From Myxococcota bacterium (GTDB lineage Bacteria > Myxococcota_A > UBA9160 > UBA4427), in contig OZ252299.1 of NCBI GenBank assembly GCA_965250285.1, positions 5,632,001 to 5,696,000 of the forward strand: a DNA stretch of 64,000 nt, written 5' to 3'. The notes under the pieces are model-generated. The model worked only from the letters and a program-made list of their open reading frames with translations. It was not told where the DNA came from and ran no database searches. Of this stretch, positions 19,389 through 31,128 are shown one piece after another; positions within the stretch are counted from its first letter, which is position 1; every line of letters begins with the position of its first letter. A program made the translations under genes and the position numbers.

Positions 19389-21434
19389 TCACCGCAGCCG
19401 CCACACTTCGTACACGCCAAAGCGCGCGATCGGCGCGTAGTGCGCGCGGAGATGCGCGTCGAGTCGGGGCAGGGCGCGTCGCACGCGTCGCCCCGCGTCG
19501 TCGTCGACGACGACCACCACCGTCTCGGGCTGGGCGCGCAGGGCGGGGATCCAGCCGCCATCCTCCAGACCCGCGAGCTCGCGCAGCGGCAGCATGTCGA
19601 GCACGGTGTTGTAGATCGCGTAGTCGTGCTCGGGGCGAAGCGGGGGTCGGCCGGTCACGTGGTGGAGCATCGCGTCGCCGCCGATCAGGAGCAGCGGTGC
19701 GGACGGAACCGCGGCGAGGGCGGCGACCAGCGCCTCGACGTCGCCCAGATGGCCGCGTTCGATATCGGCTCGCTTCACGGTGAGCCCCTCGGTGCGTGGC
19801 AGGGCGAGCGCGCGCGCCGGCGCATCGCGCAGGCGCCACGTGCGCAGCGCCACGGGCCAGGCCAGCCAGATCGGGACGATGAGCAGGAGCACCGCCATGG
19901 CGCTGCGTTGCGCGGTCGACGCGCCAGGGGCAAAGCGGCGCCAGGGCTCGTAGAGCACGATGGCGAGGAGCGGCATCCACACGGGCTGCGCGAACCAGGC
20001 GTTGTGCGCCCCGCGCGGGAACACCTGGTAGCAGAGCAGCGCCGAGAAGAAGGCGATCGGCAGCAGGGCGCGCAGGCGCGCGCGTTCGGCCGGATCGGGC
20101 TCGCCGCGTGCGATGCGCGGACCGAAGACCGCGACCGCGCCGAGCACGATGCCGGTGTGTATCACCCAGTCGAAGAGCGAGGCCGACCGCGTGAGCACCG
20201 CCGCGGTGTAGAGACGCGGGTTGGCGTGGGGCACGACGAGCACCGCGAGGGCCATGAGGAGGATGCCGAGGCCCGCCGTCGCCCGCGCCGCCCGGGGCGC
20301 GCGCCGGGCGCTGATGAGAAACGCCCCGGCGATCACGCCACTCGCGCCGATCGCGAACGTCGCGATGCTGGCCCCCGGTGTCATCGCCGGGATCGCGTAG
20401 TTCCGCCGACGCAGGGGGCGCTCGAACATGCCGACGAGCAGGTCATCGAGATGCCCGCTCACGAGATAGAAGAGCGCGACGAGCACGACGGGCACGAGGC
20501 CGCCGATCGCGAAGGGCAGCGCGCGGCTCTGCACGAAGGCGACGAGCGAGGGGCCGCTCGGCTGGCGGACGAGCGCGACGGCGACGCAGGCCATGAGGGC
20601 GTGGATCGGCGCGATGTGCACGAGATACTCGGCCACGCCCAGAAAGCGCGCGCCCGGCACGAAGAGCAGGGCTGCGGCGACTGCCCACGCGATCAGCCAG
20701 CCGGTGCGACTCGCGCCCGCGCCTTCGCGGGGGCGCGCCTCGAGGCCGGCGAGGGGCACCGCGGCGACCGCCAGCGACAGTCCGTAGGCGTTCATCACGC
20801 CGATGTTCTGCTTGAAGAACACCGCGAGCCCGGCCACGACCCCCGCCGCAACGAGCCCTCGGCGGCTCGGCGCGTCGCCTTCGCGCTGCAGCGCCCACGC
20901 GAGCAGCCCGGCGGCGGCGAGGCAGAGCGGGATCGTGAACAGCGCGGCGTGGGGCGCATTCACGTTCATGCTGGCGCGGCCCCAGTACACGATGCCGAGC
21001 AGGCCGACACCGAACGCGACGGGCAGCGGCACGAGCAGGCGCGCCACGCAGAAGCCGAGCACCACGGCCAGCGCCTTCCACACGGCGATCGCCTGGCGCA
21101 CGAAGAGGATCTCGCCGTCGCCCCCGCGTACGAGCGCGCCCAGCACGGCGATGGCGCCCGGACCGTAGTCTTCGACGAAGTCGCGGTGGGGCACCTCGCC
21201 CTGAGCCATGCGATGGCCCAGGCGCAGCAGGTAGCCCTCGTCGGTCATGTGGAAGGTGCGGTCGAGCGTCAGCCCGAACCAGAAGAGGGCGAGGCCGAAG
21301 AGCAGCAGCCCGCTGCCCGGCTCGAGAGGGCGCCGGATCGGGTGGATCGCCGACGTCGGCGGCGCATCGGCGCCGACGCTCGAATCAGCTGCGGTCTCCA
21401 CCTCGAGAGGACGAGGGCGCTCGTCCACCGTCAC
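19389..21434 (-). CDS. Polytopic membrane protein, probable GT-C glycosyltransferase (ArnT/PMT-like)
   Basis: First TM followed by TDEGYLL...GEVPHRDFVEDYGPG, then FKQN and many TM helices. Start is uncertain because of a 50-nt overlap with the helicase. Confidence 0.7.
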   Translation of the reverse strand: MTVDERPRPLEVETAADSSVGADAPPTSAIHPIRRPLEPGSGLLLFGLALFWFGLTLDRTFHMTDEGYLLRLGHRMAQGEVPHRDFVEDYGPGAIAVLGALVRGGDGEILFVRQAIAVWKALAVVLGFCVARLLVPLPVAFGVGLLGIVYWGRASMNVNAPHAALFTIPLCLAAAGLLAWALQREGDAPSRRGLVAAGVVAGLAVFFKQNIGVMNAYGLSLAVAAVPLAGLEARPREGAGASRTGWLIAWAVAAALLFVPGARFLGVAEYLVHIAPIHALMACVAVALVRQPSGPSLVAFVQSRALPFAIGGLVPVVLVALFYLVSGHLDDLLVGMFERPLRRRNYAIPAMTPGASIATFAIGASGVIAGAFLISARRAPRAARATAGLGILLMALAVLVVPHANPRLYTAAVLTRSASLFDWVIHTGIVLGAVAVFGPRIARGEPDPAERARLRALLPIAFFSALLCYQVFPRGAHNAWFAQPVWMPLLAIVLYEPWRRFAPGASTAQRSAMAVLLLIVPIWLAWPVALRTWRLRDAPARALALPRTEGLTVKRADIERGHLGDVEALVAALAAVPSAPLLLIGGDAMLHHVTGRPPLRPEHDYAIYNTVLDMLPLRELAGLEDGGWIPALRAQPETVVVVVDDDAGRRVRRALPRLDAHLRAHYAPIARFGVYEVWRLR

Positions 21435-22941
21435 GGCGATTGCCTCCCCCTCGCGATCGACCGCCCCGGCGGCGTCGCTTGCGCGGGCGGTCCCCGTCGC
21501 CCCCCGAGTGCGAAGCGCCGTCGTCGCTCTGGCTCTGACCGCCGGCGCGCTCCTCGGCCTCGGCTGCGGCTTCGGCGCCGATCGGCTTCTTGGCCTTCTT
21601 CTTCGGCGCGTCTTCGGTGATGGTCGTCTCGGGTCGGTGATCGTGCAGATAGGCCGCGGCGATGCCGGCCAGGTCGCGGCGACCTTCGCGGGTCTCGGCC
21701 ATCTCTTCGACGATCGGGATCAGGCGATCGATCTGCACCTTGAGCTCGTCTTCGGGCGCGTGCCGCATCTCCTGCTCGACCTTGACCGTCAGACGTTCGC
21801 GCAGGCGATTGCGCATGTCCTTCTCGGCGGGCGCCTTGCGCTCGGTCATCGAGATCTTGTTGACGTGCTGCATGCTCTTGAAGTTGCCGATGTCGAGCCC
21901 CGAGACCAGTGAAATCGCGGTGCCCGACTTGCCCGCGCGGCCGGTGCGTCCCGTGCGGTGGACGTAGGTCTCGGCCGAGTCGCTGGCGGCGTAGCTGATC
22001 ACGTGGGAGAGGTCGCTGATGTCGATGCCGCGTGCGGCGACGTCGGTGGCGACGAGGAACTTGAGGTCGCCGGCCTTGATCTTGGCCAGCGCCTTCTCGC
22101 GGGCGGCCTGCTGCAGATCGCCCGAGATCTGGTCGGCCTGGAACCCGCGCCGCTGCAGATACGAGGTGACGTAGCGCACGTCGGCCTTGGTGTTGCAGAA
22201 GATGATCGCGCTCTCGGGGTCTTCGTACTCGAGGATGCGCGCGAGCAGCTTCTCCTTCTCGCTCGCCTGGCACATGTAGAAGACGTGCTCGATCTGCTGC
22301 GGGGAGTCGGTCTCCTGATCCATCGCGACGAACTCGGGATCGTTCAGGAAGAACCGCGACAGCGACCGCACCTTCTCGGGGATCGTCGCCGAGAACAGGT
22401 AGCTGCGGCGCTGCTTCGGGAGGTACGACTCGATCTCGCGCATGTCGGGCCAGAAGCCGAGCGAGAGCATCTCGTCGGCTTCGTCGAAGACCAGCGTCTT
22501 CAGGTGGTCGACGTCCATGCGGCCGTTCGAGAGGTGGTCGAGGATGCGGCCGGGCGTGCCGACCACGACGTGCGCCCCCTCCTCGAGGCCCTCGAGCTGG
22601 GCGGCGTAGCCGACGCCGCCGTAGACCGCGAGCACGCGCACGCCGGCGTGCGAGCCGAGGGTCTCGACCTCTTGCTGCACCTGCAGCGCCAGCTCGCGGG
22701 TGGGCGCCATCACCAGGGCCTGCACCTGGGGCAGGCTCGTGTCGATGGCCTCGATGATCGGAATGCCGAAGGCGCCGGTCTTGCCGCTGCCGGTGTGGGC
22801 CTGGACGATCAGGTCGCGGCCCTCGCGCATCAGGGGAATCGTGGCGGCCTGGACGGGCATCGCCTTCGTCCAGCCGAGGTCGTGCAGGGCTTTCTGGATG
22901 TTTTCGGGAATGCCCTGGAATACAGCGTCGAGTTCACTCAT
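21385..22941 (-). CDS. DEAD-box ATP-dependent RNA helicase
   Basis: Q motif, AHTGSGKT, PTRELA, TPGR, DEAD, SAT, TDVAARGID and HRTGRTGRAG, plus an Arg/Gly-rich tail. Confidence 0.96.
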   Translation of the reverse strand: MSELDAVFQGIPENIQKALHDLGWTKAMPVQAATIPLMREGRDLIVQAHTGSGKTGAFGIPIIEAIDTSLPQVQALVMAPTRELALQVQQEVETLGSHAGVRVLAVYGGVGYAAQLEGLEEGAHVVVGTPGRILDHLSNGRMDVDHLKTLVFDEADEMLSLGFWPDMREIESYLPKQRRSYLFSATIPEKVRSLSRFFLNDPEFVAMDQETDSPQQIEHVFYMCQASEKEKLLARILEYEDPESAIIFCNTKADVRYVTSYLQRRGFQADQISGDLQQAAREKALAKIKAGDLKFLVATDVAARGIDISDLSHVISYAASDSAETYVHRTGRTGRAGKSGTAISLVSGLDIGNFKSMQHVNKISMTERKAPAEKDMRNRLRERLTVKVEQEMRHAPEDELKVQIDRLIPIVEEMAETREGRRDLAGIAAAYLHDHRPETTITEDAPKKKAKKPIGAEAAAEAEERAGGQSQSDDGASHSGGDGDRPRKRRRRGGRSRGGGNRRDGGRAPSSSRGGDRS

Positions 22942-22966
22942 GAGGGGCGGCAGGCTAGCAGGTCTG

Positions 22967-23369
22967 CGCTCGGCTGCGGACGCCCGGAGCACGGCATCTC
23001 CGGCACCTTCTCCCTGCGCCGACCTTCACCGTTCTTGCGCTCGGCTGCGGACGCGTGGAGCACCCCAGCTCCGGCACCTTCTCCCTGCGCCGATCCTCGG
23101 CGTACACGAGTACGCCTGCGGCCGGCTTCGGTCCGAGGGCGCCGGATCTGTGGCACTCCACGCGCCCTCGCTGCGAGCGACGTGACGGGGGAGAGTGCTC
23201 GGCTGCGGTCGTGTGGAGCACCTCAGCTCCGGCACCTTCTCCCTGCGCCGATCCTCGGCGTACACGAGTACGCCTGCGGCCGGCTTCGGTCCGAGGGCGC
23301 CGGATCTGTGGCACTCGACGCGCCCTCGCTGCGAGCGACGTGAGGGGGGAGAGTGCTCGGCTGCGGACG
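22967..23369. repeat. Tandem palindromic intergenic repeat (REP/MITE-like): two full ~158-bp copies plus partial copies
   Basis: Near-identical copies at 23039-23196 and 23197-23354, a truncated copy at 22967-23025 and a stub at 23355-23369. Nested inverted repeats: cgcgtggag/ctccacgcg, tccggc/gccgga and ggcgtac/gtacgcc. Confidence 0.85.
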
Positions 23370-23494
23370 TGCGGCCTTGCTGGGACGACGATGTGGGATT
23401 CTCGATGTCTTTGGCGTCGGGTGCGGGATCTGGGGAGTGGGGACGGGGGCTCTCGGCCCGCGGTGGTGGGGGGAGGCTGCTAGATTGGGCCGCC

Positions 23495-23794
23495 ATGTCG
23501 ACGTTTACCCGTGAGGACGTGATTCGTGTGGCCGAGCTGGCGCGGCTCGAGCTGAGCGACGACGAGGCCGAGCGCATGAGCGCCGAGCTCGGGCTGATCC
23601 TCGATCACGTCGAGGCGCTGCAGGCGCTCGATACCGAAGGCATCGTGCCGACGGCCCACGCGATCCCGCTGGCGACGCCGATGCGGGCCGACGTGCCCGA
23701 GCCGGGCATCGACCCCGACCGTGCGCTCGCCAACGCGCCCCGGCGGGAGGGCGACGCGTTCGCCGTACCCAAGGTGCTCGAGGACGACGGATGA
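23495..23794 (+). CDS. gatC: Asp-tRNA(Asn)/Glu-tRNA(Gln) amidotransferase subunit C
   Basis: MSTFTREDVIRVAELARLEL...ALANAP...FAVPKVLE. Overlaps the gatA start (ATGA). Confidence 0.95.
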   Translation: MSTFTREDVIRVAELARLELSDDEAERMSAELGLILDHVEALQALDTEGIVPTAHAIPLATPMRADVPEPGIDPDRALANAPRREGDAFAVPKVLEDDG

Positions 23795-25262
23795 GCGACG
23801 CGCGCGTCCCCGAAGACAGCCTGGCGGGCCAGCGAGCGGCCCTCGAAGCCGGCGAGTCGACGTCGGCCGGTCTGGTGGCGCAGGCGCTCGAGCGCTGCGC
23901 GGGGCCGGGGCGACGGCTCGGCGCGGTGATCGGCCTGCGCGAAGACGCAGCGCGGGCCGACGCCGAGGCGGCCGATGCCCGCCGCGCCGCCGGTGATGTG
24001 CGCGGGCCCCTCGATGGCGTGCCGCTGCTCTTGAAGGACAACATGGTGCAGCGCGGCGAGCCGACGAGCTGCGCCTCGCGCATTCTCGAAGGCTTCGTAT
24101 CGCCCTATGACAGCACGGTCGTCGAGCGGCTGCAGGCCGCCGGCGCCGTCATCGTGGGCCGCGCGAACATGGACGAGTTCGCGATGGGCAGCTCGACCGA
24201 GAACTCGGTGTACGGGCCGGCGAAGAACCCGTTCGACGAGACGCGCACCTGCGGCGGATCGTCGGGGGGCTCGGCGGCCGCGGTCGCCGCGGGGCTCGTG
24301 CCCTTCGCGCTCGGCAGCGACACGGGGGGATCGATCCGACAGCCCGCATCGTTCTGCGGGGTCACCGGCCTCAAGCCCACATACGGACGTATCTCGCGCT
24401 GGGGGCTCGTCGCGTTCGCGTCGTCGCTCGATCAGATCGGGCCGTTCACGCACACCGCCGAAGAGGCCGCATGGGTGCTGCAGGCGATCGCCGGCCACGA
24501 TCCGCGCGATTCGACGTCGATCCCGGCGGCGGTGCCCGACTTCGCCGCCGAGCTCTCGGGGGACGTCTCGGGGCTGACGATCGGCATCCCGCACGAAGCC
24601 TTCGAGACCGCGGGCCTCGACGCCGACGTGCGTGCGCTCGTCGAAGCGGCGATCGCCGAGATCGAGGCGGCAGGCGCCAAGACGATGCCCGTGCAGCTCC
24701 CGCACCTGAAGTACGGCGTCGACGCCTACTACGTGATCGCGACCGCCGAAGCGTCGAGCAACCTCGCGCGCTTCGACGGCGCAAGGTACGGCCGCCGCGC
24801 CGAGGGCGTGCGCGATCTCGACGAGATGTACCGGCGCTCGCGCAGCGAGGGCTTCGGGGACGAGGTGAAGCGGCGCATCCTGCTGGGCACGTTCGTGCTT
24901 TCGGCGGGCTACTACGACGCGTACTACAAGAAGGCGCAGCAGGTGCGGACGCTCGTGCGCGGCGACTTCGACCGCGCCTTCGAGCAGTGCGACGTCGTGG
25001 CGATGCCGACGTATCCCGAGCCGGCCTTCCCCCTCGGTGAGAAGAGCGAGGATCCGCTCTCGATGTATCTCGGCGACATCTTCACGGTCACGGCGAACCT
25101 CGCGGGTCTGCCCGGCGTCTCGATCCCGTGTGGCGAGACGCAGGGGCTGCCGGTCGGCCTGCAGCTGCTCGGCGCTCCGCTCGAAGAGGGGCGGCTGCTG
25201 CGGGTGGCCGACGCGTTCCAGCGCCGCACCGAGCATCACCTCGCCAGGCCGGAGGATGTGAA

Positions 25263-25266
<4 letters not shown>
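23791..25266 (+). CDS. gatA: Amidotransferase subunit A
   Basis: Amidase signature GGSSGGSAAAV, GSDTGGSIRQPA, SSNLARFDG and EVKRRILLGT. Confidence 0.97.
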
Positions 25267-26786
<1,520 letters not shown>

Positions 26787-26956
26787 GCGGCGGGGTCTGC
26801 GAGGGGCGTTCTCGCTCGCTCGGCTCCCGCATAGGTCGCCTGAGACACGTTCGCTCGGGCACGCGGGCCACTCCGAAGCGATCCGATGGGATCGCGCGAC
26901 GCCACTTGGGTAATCTGTGCGTTCGGGTCGGGAGGGATGCTGAGGAAGACGTCGTG

Positions 26957-28156
26957 GTGCGTGTTGCTGTTCTCATTCCGATTCTCGCGCTGACTCAGAT
27001 CGGCTGCACCGAGGTCGAGCCCGCGAGCGATGAGCCGCCGCGCATCGAGCTCGTGTCCGACGCCCGCGAGGCAGTCGTCGAGCAGCTGAGCTGCAGCGGG
27101 TTCGACCCGATGGAAGGCGCCATCGACTGCGCGCTCTCGGCCGAGTGGCCGTCCTCGCCGGACGCCGCCTTCGGCCCCTTCTCGGACGCCTTTCACCGCT
27201 CGACGGTGACGCCGACCGCCTTCTCGTTCACGGCGGAGGCGCGTCAGCACTTCACGCAGCCCGCGACGACACCGCCTTTCGGGATCATCGACAACGAATT
27301 CGTCTGGTTCGACGTCACCTTCGACGTGCTGCAGCCGGTGCGCATCAACATGTCGGGGCTCAAGGAGGCCGATCTGACGGCGGTCAGCGAAGCGGATGTC
27401 TTCTTGTATCGCGGAACCGACGTCGAGTACCGGCCGATCCACCCCTTCGAGCGCAACGGGTTCGACGACTCGCGTGTACTCGAGCCGGACCGCTACCGGC
27501 TCTTCGCGCAGGCGCTCGCGCCCAACTGGGTGAATGGATCGATGGCCGATGTGGAGCTCGACGTGACGTTCGAGCCCGCCGACGCGATGCCGCCGAGGTC
27601 GCCCAGCACGGGCGACGAGGTGGTCGTCGCGGTCGATGCCCGATCGGCCGAGCGCACCGAGCTCGATTGCCGTTCGGTCGCGGCGGGGCCGTGCCCCGAG
27701 CCCCAGGTCGTCGTGACCGGACCCCCGGCCCCCGGTGCGGACTGGGTTACCGACACCTTCGATTCGACGTTCGATCTCGCGGCCGGCACGGCGAGCGCTG
27801 TGGCCTGGACCAGGCGTGAGGGCCTGCTCTCGGCTCCAGGGGGGGCACCCGGCGACTACGCGACGCGCGATGCGTTCGTCTACGACGTCACGTTCGAGGC
27901 GCGCGCGCGGGTCGAGCTCGAGATCGAAGGCAACCGGGGTGCGATTTCTCCGTGTGAGGCCTCGTTCGAGGTGTACCGCGGCTCGGCGAAGCTCTTCGAC
28001 GCCATCTCGTCTGCGCCGGGTTCGACGTTCTCGTATCGCGGCGTGCTCGAGCCCGGCCCGTTTCGAATCGTCGCGACGGCCGGGGGCGGTTTCGATTGCT
28101 TGTATTCCTCAACATTCGATTTCGAAGCTGCATGGTGGCCGGTCGAGTCACGCTGA
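26957..28156 (+). CDS. Hypothetical lipoprotein with two internally repeated beta-rich domains
   Basis: MRVAVLIPILALTQIGC lipobox-like signal. Repeats FDVTFDVLQPVRINMSG...RVLEPDRYRLFA and YDVTFEARARVELEIEG...GVLEPGPFRIVA. Confidence 0.65.
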   Translation: MRVAVLIPILALTQIGCTEVEPASDEPPRIELVSDAREAVVEQLSCSGFDPMEGAIDCALSAEWPSSPDAAFGPFSDAFHRSTVTPTAFSFTAEARQHFTQPATTPPFGIIDNEFVWFDVTFDVLQPVRINMSGLKEADLTAVSEADVFLYRGTDVEYRPIHPFERNGFDDSRVLEPDRYRLFAQALAPNWVNGSMADVELDVTFEPADAMPPRSPSTGDEVVVAVDARSAERTELDCRSVAAGPCPEPQVVVTGPPAPGADWVTDTFDSTFDLAAGTASAVAWTRREGLLSAPGGAPGDYATRDAFVYDVTFEARARVELEIEGNRGAISPCEASFEVYRGSAKLFDAISSAPGSTFSYRGVLEPGPFRIVATAGGGFDCLYSSTFDFEAAWWPVESR

Positions 28157-28388
28157 CCCGACGCCGTGCGGGTTCGGAACGCGACACTTCTCGGTCCGCC
28201 GACGCCTGCGCAAACCACGTCGCTGCGGTCGCATTGCGCATCGCCTGCCAACGCATGCGCACGCGATGCGGCGCCTGTGCAGCTACGCAAAAAATGTGGG
28301 GATCATCACCCAGGGTCTGAGCCGAACCTGCCGAAACGTGACCATCGGACGGGGTGTCCGAGCACGGTTTGCGTTTCGGGGGGAGAGC

Positions 28389-30026
28389 ATGGCTTCGGCG
28401 ATTCACGCGCCCGCAGACGAAGGGGCGCCGCTTCGTTCACCGGAGATCGAGAGCGAGGCGAGCAAGCGCGGCCCGGGGGCCAGCCGGCATGCAGCGGCGG
28501 CCTTCGAGGGCGATCTGCGCGATTTCGACTTCGCGATGCTGCTGCATCGGCTCCATGTCGAGCGCGCCACCGGCGTGTTGATGCTGCAGAACGCGAAGAA
28601 GAAGAAGGCGGTCCAGCTCAAGGACGGCCACCCGGTCTCAGTCAAGTCGAACCTCGTCGAGGAGTGCCTGGGGCACATGCTCGTTCGCCAGGGCGTGATC
28701 GATCAGGATCAGGCGCGCCATTCGCTCGAGCAGGCCCGCAAGAAGGGGGGTCTGCAGGGCGAGATCCTCGTCGCGATGGATTGGATCGATGAGGAGCGAC
28801 TGGCCGAGGCGCTGCGCGCCCAGGCCGTCGACAAGCTCTACGAGATCTTCACGTGGAAGCGCGGTGGCTTCGGCTTCAAGCCGGGCAAGCGCATCAAGGG
28901 CGGCAACGCCCTGGCCCTCGATTACAGCGTGGCCAACATGATTCTCGCCGGCTGCCGCGACTACGTGCCCAGCCGCCGCGTCGACGACTTCTTCACGCGC
29001 TACGCGCTCGTCGAGATGGGCCGGGCTTCGAACGAGTTCGATCGCTTTCAAGACGTCACGGTCAGCCAGGCCGAAGAGAAGGTGATCTGCGAGGTCGCCG
29101 AGGGCGTGCTCGTCGGCGAGTACGTCGCCGAGGCCGACCGGGTGCGTCGCGCCGTCTACGGGCTCGTGGCCACCGGCCTGGTCGATACCAGCGGCGAGCC
29201 CGCAGCCGCCGTACCGGCCCGCAACCGCGAGGCCGAAGCCGACGACTCGCAGCCCGCGGTCATGCCCGAAGGCGTTGCGCCGGCGCCGCCGGCGGCCGAC
29301 GTCGACGCCGAAGCGAAGGAGATCTCGACCTGGCTCGATGCTGCGCGCGGTCGCAGCCACTACGAGCTGCTCGAGGTCACTTCGACGGCCGGCGATGACG
29401 GCATCCGCGAAGCCTACGAGCGGCTCGCGAAGCGCTTCCACCGCGACCGCTTCCGCAACGCGACGGCGGCCGTGCAGCGAATCGCCGACGAGGCTGCGGC
29501 GCGCATCCACCGCGCCTACGAAGCGATCGCGACGGCCGATGCCCGCCTGGCGTACGCCGCCTCGGTCAAGCGCGAGGCGAGCGAGGACAAGGACCGCGCC
29601 GAGACCAAGCGCGTGCTGAGGGCCGAAGCGGCCTTCCAGCGCGGCGAGGCGGCGCTGCGGGGTCGCGACTACGAAGCGGCGCTCGAACACTTCGGGGCCG
29701 CCGTGCAGGCCTATCCCGAGGAGGGCGAGTACCACGCCCACTACGGCTGGGCGCTCCATCTCTGCCATCCCGACGATGCCGCGATCGCGCACGAGGCGAT
29801 CGATCACGTCAAGAAGGGCGCCAAGCTGGCGCCCGATCGGGAGAAGCCCTACCTCTTTCTCGGCCGCCTCTGCAAGGCGGTGGGCCGGCTCGATGCCGCC
29901 GAGAAGATGTTCACGAAGGCTGTTCGACTGCGGCCCGAGTGCGTCGAGGCGCTGCGCGAGCTGCGGCTGATCAACATGCGTCGGGAGAAGGGCAAGGGCC
30001 TGATCGGCCGTCTGCTGGGTCGCTAG
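28389..30026 (+). CDS. DUF4388/PatA-N + J-domain + TPR protein
   Basis: FEGDLRDFDFAMLLHRLHVERATGVLML...IFTWKRGGFGF (DUF4388), SHYELLEV...IREAYERLAKRFHRDRF (J-like), and C-terminal TPRs. Confidence 0.82.
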   Translation: MASAIHAPADEGAPLRSPEIESEASKRGPGASRHAAAAFEGDLRDFDFAMLLHRLHVERATGVLMLQNAKKKKAVQLKDGHPVSVKSNLVEECLGHMLVRQGVIDQDQARHSLEQARKKGGLQGEILVAMDWIDEERLAEALRAQAVDKLYEIFTWKRGGFGFKPGKRIKGGNALALDYSVANMILAGCRDYVPSRRVDDFFTRYALVEMGRASNEFDRFQDVTVSQAEEKVICEVAEGVLVGEYVAEADRVRRAVYGLVATGLVDTSGEPAAAVPARNREAEADDSQPAVMPEGVAPAPPAADVDAEAKEISTWLDAARGRSHYELLEVTSTAGDDGIREAYERLAKRFHRDRFRNATAAVQRIADEAAARIHRAYEAIATADARLAYAASVKREASEDKDRAETKRVLRAEAAFQRGEAALRGRDYEAALEHFGAAVQAYPEEGEYHAHYGWALHLCHPDDAAIAHEAIDHVKKGAKLAPDREKPYLFLGRLCKAVGRLDAAEKMFTKAVRLRPECVEALRELRLINMRREKGKGLIGRLLGR

Positions 30027-30125
30027 CCCGGCGTCTTCGCCGCTCCCCCATGCGCGCGACGGCGTCGCGCGAGGTGAACGGCGCGAGGCGCACGGTGCAG
30101 GGCACCACGTGGAAGGAACGGCTCG

Positions 30126-31061
30126 ATGGGCGACAACCCCGCCGCAGGTGTGACCGGCGATTGGATCTGGCTCGACGGTGAGTGGGTGCCGTGGGCGGAT
30201 GCGAACGTCCACATCCTGACGCACAGCCTCCACTACGGCCTCGGCGTCTTCGAAGGCATCCGCTGCTACAAGACCGAAGACGGTCGCAGCGCCGTCTTTC
30301 GACTGCCCGAACACATGCGCCGGCTCTACGACTCGGCGCACATCAACCTGATGGACGTGCCCTACGACATCGACCTCGTGACCGAGGCGGTGTGCGAATC
30401 GCTGCGGCGCAACGGCCTCGACGAGGGCTACATCCGACCGCTCGTGTTCATCGGCGATGGCGCGATGGGTCTGCACCCCGGCGACAACCCCGTGCGGGTG
30501 GCGGTGATCAGCTGGGCATGGGGCAAGTATCTCGGCGAAGACGGCATGGCGCGCGGCATTCGGGCGAAGGTGTCGACCTTCTCGCGCCATCACGTCAACG
30601 CGAAGATGACCAACGGCAAGACCTGCGGCGACTATGTGAACTCGATCCTCGCGAAGCGCGAGGCCGTGCTCGATGGCTACGACGAAGCGGTCATGCTCGA
30701 CACGCAGGGGCTGGTGTCGGAGTGCACGGGCGAGAACATCTTCGTTGTCCGCGACGGGGTGATCCACACGCCGCTCGCGCACAGCGTGCTGAACGGGATC
30801 ACCCGGGCGTCGATGATCGAGCTGGCTCGTTCGAGGGGCATCGAGGTCGTCGAGACGACGCTGACCCGCGACGATCTCTACATCGCCGACGAGATCTTCC
30901 TGACCGGGACCGCCGCCGAGGTCACGCCGATCCGCGAGCTCGACCACCGGCAGGTGGGCGAGGGCAAGCGGGGGCCGATCGCCGAGCAGCTGCAGGCCGC
31001 CTACTTCGACGTCGTCAGCGGGCGCGACCCGAAGCATCTCGACTGGCTCACTTTCCTCTGA
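30126..31061 (+). CDS. ilvE: Branched-chain amino acid aminotransferase
   Basis: IWLDGEWVPW, HSLHYGLGVFEGIR, YIRP, GENIF, LNGITR and TGTAAEVTPI. Confidence 0.96.
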   Translation: MGDNPAAGVTGDWIWLDGEWVPWADANVHILTHSLHYGLGVFEGIRCYKTEDGRSAVFRLPEHMRRLYDSAHINLMDVPYDIDLVTEAVCESLRRNGLDEGYIRPLVFIGDGAMGLHPGDNPVRVAVISWAWGKYLGEDGMARGIRAKVSTFSRHHVNAKMTNGKTCGDYVNSILAKREAVLDGYDEAVMLDTQGLVSECTGENIFVVRDGVIHTPLAHSVLNGITRASMIELARSRGIEVVETTLTRDDLYIADEIFLTGTAAEVTPIRELDHRQVGEGKRGPIAEQLQAAYFDVVSGRDPKHLDWLTFL

Positions 31062-31128
31062 TTTTCCAGGTGCTTATGAGCGAGTCTGCGCCTCGCCGCG
31101 GGGTGCAGGCACCGGCTTGCATTGCGGC

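Noticed and set aside
22967..23369. Possible CRISPR array, tRNA or coding ORFs in the 158-bp repeats
   Set aside because: The whole unit repeats with no spacers, there is no cloverleaf or T-arm motif, and the overlapping ORFs are translations of the repeat.
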